Source: Nanobdellota archaeon (GTDB lineage Archaea > Nanobdellota > Nanobdellia > Parvarchaeales > Parvarchaeaceae). Taken from it: a DNA stretch of 64,000 bases. The notes below the pieces were generated by a model that was given only the letters and a program-made list of their open reading frames with translations, was not told where the DNA came from and made no database searches. Position 1 is the first letter of the stretch; every line of letters begins with the position of its first letter. The stretch lies in the NCBI GenBank assembly GCA_021818905.1, contig JAKASS010000004.1, positions 25-64,024 of the forward strand, given 5' to 3'. Positions 58,560-64,000 of the stretch are shown here, one piece after another. A program made the translations under genes and the position numbers.

Positions 58560-59435
58560 TCAAAAAATTTTTGATTTTGTCTGAGTCTTTGGTCTTAATA
58601 CTACAAAGGAACCTTCACTTAACAGTTTTTCGTCTGAGTCTTTGACGTATCTAAAGGCTGTAGAAGTTTCTGATTGTTTGTATTCGAAAACTTTATTTAT
58701 GGAAGCATCTAAAATATAAGTTTCTGAATTTATTCCCTGGTCTGGATATATTTTTGGGAATGCGAGCACCACCCATGCGTGTTCACAGAAATCATCTTTG
58801 TCCTCTAAAATATAGCCGTTCCCCACCGTAGATCTTCCACCTAACCGTTTTATCTCTGGATCATTTGAAAGCAAATAGTTCAGAACCAACGCCTTTTCAA
58901 AGCATACTGCCGGCAGGTCTCTAGTCAGAATATCCTGCAGATTTATGATCTTATCATCATACAGTCTGCCCCAGACCACATCCATTGCTTTGTCTGACTC
59001 CTTACCCAGGCCGTCAAATAGGTTCGGTATATTGTAGATCGCTGCCGGATAGCCAAAAAGTCTTTCTATCGCAGTCTTTTCTTTATTTTGTTCTATCTCC
59101 TTACTTAACAGGCGTTTCATAATATCGTGCTCCGGAATAGAAACCAGATAGGTCAAATTGCGGCACAGATCTCCAGGTCCTATCTCTGCTGCAGAAAAAC
59201 TTATCTTGTCATAGTTTTCATCTAAACTGTCAAGTATCTGATCTAATGGTTTCGATGCGCCGGGGTATTTCGTCTTTACCGTCTCAAAAAGTTTGGCGAT
59301 GCGTTTTTTGGATGTCCCTACGCTAGTCTCGGTGTCTCTATCCAAATATTTTTCTAAAAGAGACTGTTCTTTTGCCGTTAAAGATCCGCCGACGATTTCC
59401 ACTTTTTTTTCGGGTAAAGACTTTACTTTCATCAT
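58560..59435 (-). CDS. Transglutaminase-like / papain-fold cysteine peptidase-like protein, hypothetical
   Basis: 291 aa. 'PAVCFEKALVLNYLL' then 'FCEHAWVVL' resembles the Cys...His(AW) catalytic arrangement of transglutaminase-like enzymes. Weak. Confidence 0.35.
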   Translation of the reverse strand: MMKVKSLPEKKVEIVGGSLTAKEQSLLEKYLDRDTETSVGTSKKRIAKLFETVKTKYPGASKPLDQILDSLDENYDKISFSAAEIGPGDLCRNLTYLVSIPEHDIMKRLLSKEIEQNKEKTAIERLFGYPAAIYNIPNLFDGLGKESDKAMDVVWGRLYDDKIINLQDILTRDLPAVCFEKALVLNYLLSNDPEIKRLGGRSTVGNGYILEDKDDFCEHAWVVLAFPKIYPDQGINSETYILDASINKVFEYKQSETSTAFRYVKDSDEKLLSEGSFVVLRPKTQTKSKIF

Positions 59436-59860
59436 ATTATAAGGACGGTGTTTTTATAAAATAACCTATAAAGTCTTTTGACTTAGTTTTTAGTGCGACG
59501 TTTACGTCCGGTACCGTCCCTCGGTAGTGAGTCGCCTAACGTCCCCAAATCGTTTATGTAGGACTTTCGGTAGTATTTTATAAGCCTTACGGCTAGTCTA
59601 GCGGTCTTGCTGTCTCTTCTCTGTACCGGCTCATAAGCTGGCCCAGAGTCGTGTTTTCCAGGTCGTTAGTTTCCATTCTTTTTTTAATCTCCTATTTTAA
59701 GATATACTTTATAGTAGTTATAAGATTGGAATGGCTATTTAAAGGTTTGTTTTTGTGGTAGGCGCATGCATTGGGGATGGAAAGCGCCCAATCAAATTCG
59801 CTTTATGACTGCCTACTCAAAGAAAGTCTTTCCTTTATAGTTTTTAGGCGCCCATATCGC

Positions 59861-60574
59861 CTATTTTGTTTTACCGGCCGTATTTTCAGCGTCGACAAAA
59901 GACTTCAAAACAAAGCCCGCGGTCTCCTCAAAACCGGGTGGCTGTCCCATAAGTATGTCTAGCTCTTTATTCCATTCCGTTTTAAGATCGGCTATCCTTG
60001 AAGTCAGTACGGCGAAATCGAATCTGGCAGCGTAGTATTCGAGTTTTTTATTTATCAACGCGAAATCTATCTTCGCGTCTTTCTTTAACAGGAAATATGC
60101 GTCATATAAGTCCCGTGGCCTCCTCCTTGTGAGCAGCGCCCTAGTCTTTTCCGCCATCATCTCGTCTTTGTCCATCACAAGCACCAACTGTGCTTCCAAG
60201 TCGCGGTATTTTGGTATAAGCCTGATTAGTAGGGGTTTCAGTAGAGTTTTTTCCCTCGTGCTTATCTCTATTATGATTGTCTGAATAGATCGCTGTTTCT
60301 CGAAAAGAGGCCCCTCTATCTTGAGATTGAATGTTACCGAGCGTTCACTTTCGGTCTTCTTAAATGAACTGTTATAAAGCCGCTTCAGACCCTGCAGAGA
60401 TTCTTCCACTCTTTTTATCTCGTCCGCTGAATTCACGGTGAAGTCAAGATCTTCGGAAAAACGATCCAGCCCGTAGCATTTTTGTAGAGCAGTCCCTCCT
60501 TTAAAAATCAACCCTGCTTTTGCCAGCTTGAACACTTCTAGAAGTACGACATACTGCAAGTAATCCTTCTCCAC
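59861..60574 (-). CDS. AbiEii/AbiGii-family nucleotidyltransferase toxin
   Basis: 237 aa with 'IFKGGTALQKCYGLDRFSEDLDF'. Paralog of 1191-1946. Confidence 0.7.
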   Translation of the reverse strand: MEKDYLQYVVLLEVFKLAKAGLIFKGGTALQKCYGLDRFSEDLDFTVNSADEIKRVEESLQGLKRLYNSSFKKTESERSVTFNLKIEGPLFEKQRSIQTIIIEISTREKTLLKPLLIRLIPKYRDLEAQLVLVMDKDEMMAEKTRALLTRRRPRDLYDAYFLLKKDAKIDFALINKKLEYYAARFDFAVLTSRIADLKTEWNKELDILMGQPPGFEETAGFVLKSFVDAENTAGKTK

Positions 60575-60617
60575 CTGGTACCTGTTGGGCCAGGTCTTGT
60601 ATTCCAGAAGTTCACTT

Positions 60618-61292
60618 TTAGTCAGCGTATAACACTCTCCATCTTGTGTCTTTTACGTGCGCATTGGCCGATAAGCGTGCGTACATTCTGGAACGGAAAG
60701 GGAGAAGATCATCTGCATCAAGACCACTTCTTTCAAGCATGAATCCAAGGCGGTTTATCATCGCTTTATCGTCCATTGCTTTTGCGTATTTTTTTAGCTT
60801 TCCCGTATCTAAGTCTACTCTCATGTTACTAAAGCTTTCCGATACGTAGAAAAAGTCCGCGCCGAACACCAGACAGTCGACGATCGCCTTCTCGCGGCTG
60901 GCGATAAAAACATTTCCATCGTTTATATAACCGAAGAATCTACTGCGTTTCAACTTTATGAACCTCACGCCGTAGCCCTCCACATTCAAGCGTTTATGCT
61001 GCCTTAAGGCCATTACGTCTATAGACACGGGAATCTGTGTTATACTCTTATAATACGCTAACGCGTATACAAGGCTTATATATGAGGGATGGACCACATT
61101 CGATGCCACTTCGATCGGGTCAGTCCCATCTAGGTAGTATTTGCCGCGTTCTTGGTGTTTGACTAAATCTATTCCTGACAAGAATAGCGAAACGTAATTT
61201 GATGGTTTTCCGATTATCTTGACCGCATCGTTAAGGGTGAATACGTTAAGGTTCTTTGCATTCAGTGCACGGACAAAATCCTTCGCTTTCAT
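60618..61292 (-). CDS. AbiEi-like antitoxin / regulator
   Basis: 224 aa, upstream partner of the AbiEii gene. Paralog of 572-1189. Confidence 0.55.
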   Translation of the reverse strand: MKAKDFVRALNAKNLNVFTLNDAVKIIGKPSNYVSLFLSGIDLVKHQERGKYYLDGTDPIEVASNVVHPSYISLVYALAYYKSITQIPVSIDVMALRQHKRLNVEGYGVRFIKLKRSRFFGYINDGNVFIASREKAIVDCLVFGADFFYVSESFSNMRVDLDTGKLKKYAKAMDDKAMINRLGFMLERSGLDADDLLPFRSRMYARLSANAHVKDTRWRVLYAD

Positions 61293-61404
61293 ATATTGTA
61301 TATTTTATATACTTATATTTATACTTTTATATTTATATAGAGATACGAAATTTACAAAAGGAATATCTTTTAAGTCTTAGAAGTTCAGAAACGCTTAAAT
61401 CACC

Positions 61405-61420
61405 GGCTCTGTAGAAATCC
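61405..61420. repeat. Isolated IS-A-type terminal inverted repeat (GGCTCTGTAGAAATCC)
   Basis: Exact 16-bp match to the IS-A IR, but the following sequence differs from the IS-A interior. It marks the left edge of a GC-richer segment carrying the 601-aa repeat protein. Confidence 0.55.
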
Positions 61421-61593
61421 TAAGCCATAGCAGAAATTATCCTGGGCCTCGCTCTTTTTCCAATGGATTCTTCATTGAATCGCGTGCTGCTCTAAGTATT
61501 TCTGTTTGTCGATGCGATAGTGAAAGACATTGATTTAATAAGTAACTACTATAAAATGAAGGGCTTATATAATAGTTATATCCATGAATATGC

Positions 61594-63399
61594 ATGAGAC
61601 TTGAAGAGGTATTGCAAGACCCCGTTAGGATAGCTACTATAGACCGGCTTGGACCAAGTGTCCGGCTTGCGATAGAAAAAACCATCGGGAGATATGAAGG
61701 AGCAGCTGCCGGGGCTGTCGCTAATGGATTGGGATGGATTGCTGCGAATATTAAGGATAAAGATGCCGCTGTCGAATGTGCAAGGGCCATCGGGAGATAT
61801 GAAGAAGCAGCTGCTGAGACTGTTACTGATGGATTGGAAATGATCACTTGGGATACTAAGGATAAAGACACTGTGATAAATGTCGCTAAGATAATGTCGC
61901 TTGATGAGATAGTGAATACCATTGGGAGATATGAAGGAAAGGCTGCTGGGGCTGTTGCTTATAAATTGGGGGTAATCGCTGCGAATACTAAAGATAACGA
62001 CACTGTGATGAATGTCGCTAACATTATGTCGCTTGAGGAGATAGTGAATGCCATTGGGAGATATGAAGGAGAAGCTGCCGGGGCTGTTGCTTATGGATTG
62101 GGGAATATCACTTTGGATACTAAAGATAAAGATGCCACTGTCGAATGTGCAAGGACAATCGGGAGATATGAAGGAGAAACTGCCGGGGCTGTTGCTTATG
62201 GGTTGGGGAATATCGCTCGGGATACCGAGGATAAAGACACTGTCGTTTTGGCATGCGACATCGTAAACAGGGCCGGAAACAATGTACTCGATTTATTGTG
62301 TGCGCAAGACTTCGTAACCATCCATAAGAAGGGGCTGGATACGCTTATAGAAGGAAAGGAAAGTCTCGATGCTGTGACCGCTTACGTCAAGTCAGGGGAA
62401 GGACTGCCTATCCCCACGCAGGAGAATATCGCCGATTATCGGAGGATAGCGAACGGATATGTCTCCGGTGAATACGGCATAAGCAAAGGACTGGGTATGA
62501 ACCAGATACTTATGCTGTTCTCAGTGAAGAAGGAAGACCGTAAAGGATTGGCTGCCCTTGTAAACGCTTCAAGCGAGAAGGACAGGAAGACGTATTCGAT
62601 CACTATGAACGATACGGAAGACCGTTCCTTGAGGATAGATCACGGTAAGCTGCCTTATCTCTCCCTTATAGCGGTAGTAGGTTCAAGGGATCCTGAAAAG
62701 GAGACGGAAGCCAGAGGCGTCCTGGGCAAGATAGTGGGTGAAAAGGCTATCAGACGCGCAAGGAACGCCTTCGATTCCGGCTATAAGTCCATGATCGGGA
62801 AGATAGCCGGCTACGTAAAAGAGGGACGCGTGGACCAAGCCATCAAAGAGCTTAAAGACACCAAAGACGAGGCCATAAACGACGTACTCGCAGCCGCAGA
62901 TCACAGGGAGATCGGTATCACGGGAAAGAACGTCCTTGAAGCGGTGGAAAGCAATGATCCACTGGATTATGACGGCAGGGTACAGATCGCCTGCGTTTAT
63001 CTTCCCAGAGGATATGAAGAAGGGATATACGATTACTGTAAAGACAAGAGATTCAGCCTTATAAGGTATAGTATAGGCGGCAGATCGTTAGGGAGCGCCA
63101 TATGCTACATGGAAGACGACAGACTCCTGGTCGATTCCGTAGAAGGGCACCGCACCTTCAGGAAACCCCAGATATTCGATGCCGTTTACAGGGACCTTAT
63201 CGCAAGAGCCGGGGAGAAAGGCGCAAAGGAGATAATATTCAGCGCCGACGGGGTGAACGAGACCCCGAGGGAGTTCATGGCCTACCTTAAAAGCCTCGGA
63301 TGCAGAAAAGGGAAAGCCAAGATGAGACTCGATACTGAAGGATATCTGGAAGCCGATGAGGACATGGTGGAAGGGTATGTGCACGGACTCCCACAATAA
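61594..63399 (+). CDS. Large tandem-repeat protein (five ~45-aa 'IGRYEGxAAGAVAxGLGxIAxxTKDKDxxV' repeats, HEAT/PBS-lyase-like) with unique C-terminal domain
   Basis: 601-aa ORF with higher GC than its surroundings. The opposite-strand ORF 61437-61922 overlaps it and is considered spurious. Confidence 0.5.
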   Translation: MRLEEVLQDPVRIATIDRLGPSVRLAIEKTIGRYEGAAAGAVANGLGWIAANIKDKDAAVECARAIGRYEEAAAETVTDGLEMITWDTKDKDTVINVAKIMSLDEIVNTIGRYEGKAAGAVAYKLGVIAANTKDNDTVMNVANIMSLEEIVNAIGRYEGEAAGAVAYGLGNITLDTKDKDATVECARTIGRYEGETAGAVAYGLGNIARDTEDKDTVVLACDIVNRAGNNVLDLLCAQDFVTIHKKGLDTLIEGKESLDAVTAYVKSGEGLPIPTQENIADYRRIANGYVSGEYGISKGLGMNQILMLFSVKKEDRKGLAALVNASSEKDRKTYSITMNDTEDRSLRIDHGKLPYLSLIAVVGSRDPEKETEARGVLGKIVGEKAIRRARNAFDSGYKSMIGKIAGYVKEGRVDQAIKELKDTKDEAINDVLAAADHREIGITGKNVLEAVESNDPLDYDGRVQIACVYLPRGYEEGIYDYCKDKRFSLIRYSIGGRSLGSAICYMEDDRLLVDSVEGHRTFRKPQIFDAVYRDLIARAGEKGAKEIIFSADGVNETPREFMAYLKSLGCRKGKAKMRLDTEGYLEADEDMVEGYVHGLPQ

Positions 63400-63942
63400 A
63401 CTACTTTCTTCCTAGATGTCGGCTCCGCGGTTCGCTCAGTAATAGTGCGTTTTGACTACGTGGCCTGTCGGATACGATTTAAATCTGTGATCGCGCATAT
63501 TATTTTACCCTCTTGACTTCCATATAGTCTCCTTCTTTTAGTCCTTGATCATTCGGGATAGTCGTGATCAATCGGTTTGTAGCCTCGTCTTTCCATATCT
63601 TTCTTATTATTCTCATAGTATTATACGATAATTATTATAAATGCCATTATTTACCGCGAGGCTGTTGCATAATTCGATTGCAGAAGGCACTGTTACCAAA
63701 TACGGTTGGTGAATCTTAATTACATCGGCTGCCATCTTTATTTAAGGTGAAAATGGAAAACCGATGTAATTATTGTAAAAGCAGCAGTGTGGATTTAAAT
63801 GGTTTTAGAAAGACAATAGGCGTGTGCATAACTCGACCAGCAAACCTTTATTCTAAGCCTAAATCGCCTAAAGAAGCCGGTCTTAATAGTGCAGATGATG
63901 GTCAGAGATATCCTTTGTTTTATGAAACTAAGAGGCTCTGTA

Positions 63943-64000
63943 GAAATCCTATGATAATAATATAAGCAAGCTGTATGAATCGCCGGATGTCGTAGACTAC
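63943..64000. mobile_element. Left end of a further IS-A copy, truncated by the window edge
   Basis: 63943-64000 is identical to 38643-38700 apart from one mismatch: IR plus the start of the transposase 3' region. Confidence 0.7.

Noticed and set aside
61437-61922. 161-aa minus-strand ORF overlapping the start of the 601-aa repeat protein
   Set aside because: Low-complexity Ser/Ala-rich translation of the antisense strand of the repeat region. The + strand ORF is far longer with a structured repeat architecture.
1-64000. tRNA, rRNA or CRISPR arrays
   Set aside because: The intergenic regions (e.g. 27905-27988, 35305-35396, 36951-37255, 43282-43789, 50344-50438, 59436-59860) show no cloverleaf-compatible sequences with conserved T-loop/D-loop elements and no regularly spaced direct repeats. 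None called.

Overview
The window reads as an AT-rich archaeal chromosome segment. Archaea-specific genes support this: L44e, S27e, L37ae, RpoP, Pcc1, prefoldin beta, Sec61beta, Hjc, L12e/P0/L1, an archaeal-type NMNAT, and a class I FBA/TIM cluster. The backbone is mostly housekeeping. A TCA-cycle set lies in the first 24 kb: aconitase, class II fumarase, SdhA/B plus membrane anchors, succinyl-CoA synthetase beta/alpha, 2-oxoacid:ferredoxin oxidoreductase alpha/beta and citrate synthase. Also present are a DNA ligase, an agmatinase, a TldD/PmbA pair, a SufCBD cluster, ribosomal protein operons and a glycolytic cluster (PfkB kinase, FBA, ROK kinase, TIM). Around 28.4-35.3 kb sits a type IV pilus/archaellum-like assembly pair (a very large secretion ATPase and a polytopic platform protein) next to an S53 surface protease. 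The accessory content is centred on one insertion-sequence family with 16-17 bp terminal inverted repeats (GGCTCTGTAGAAATCC[T]). A complete copy lies at 38643-39608. A ~3.1 kb composite unit at 38643-41730 is flanked by a 9-bp direct repeat and carries a second transposase plus a GC-richer tandem-repeat protein. Family-specific end and transposase-gene fragments lie at 47151-47181 and 48288-48373, isolated matches to the 16-bp terminal repeat at 41715 and 61405, and a further copy is cut by the window end at 63943. A toxin-antitoxin/abortive-infection-like island at 56.5-61.3 kb holds an HTH-nucleotidyltransferase/HEPN-like pair, a PIN/antitoxin pair, a transglutaminase-like protein and an AbiEi/AbiEii pair. 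Next to it a GC-richer repeat protein is bounded by the same family's inverted repeat. A second AbiEi/AbiEii pair opens the window. Other items: a frameshifted DNPH1/Rcl-like pseudogene, an IS630-family transposase remnant, an SdhB with an N-terminal transmembrane extension, a 31-codon Cys-rich ORF, and a membrane-anchored winged-helix protein. No CRISPR array, rRNA or tRNA was recognised. All calls rest on reading the translated ORFs and the nucleotide sequence by eye; no database search was possible.
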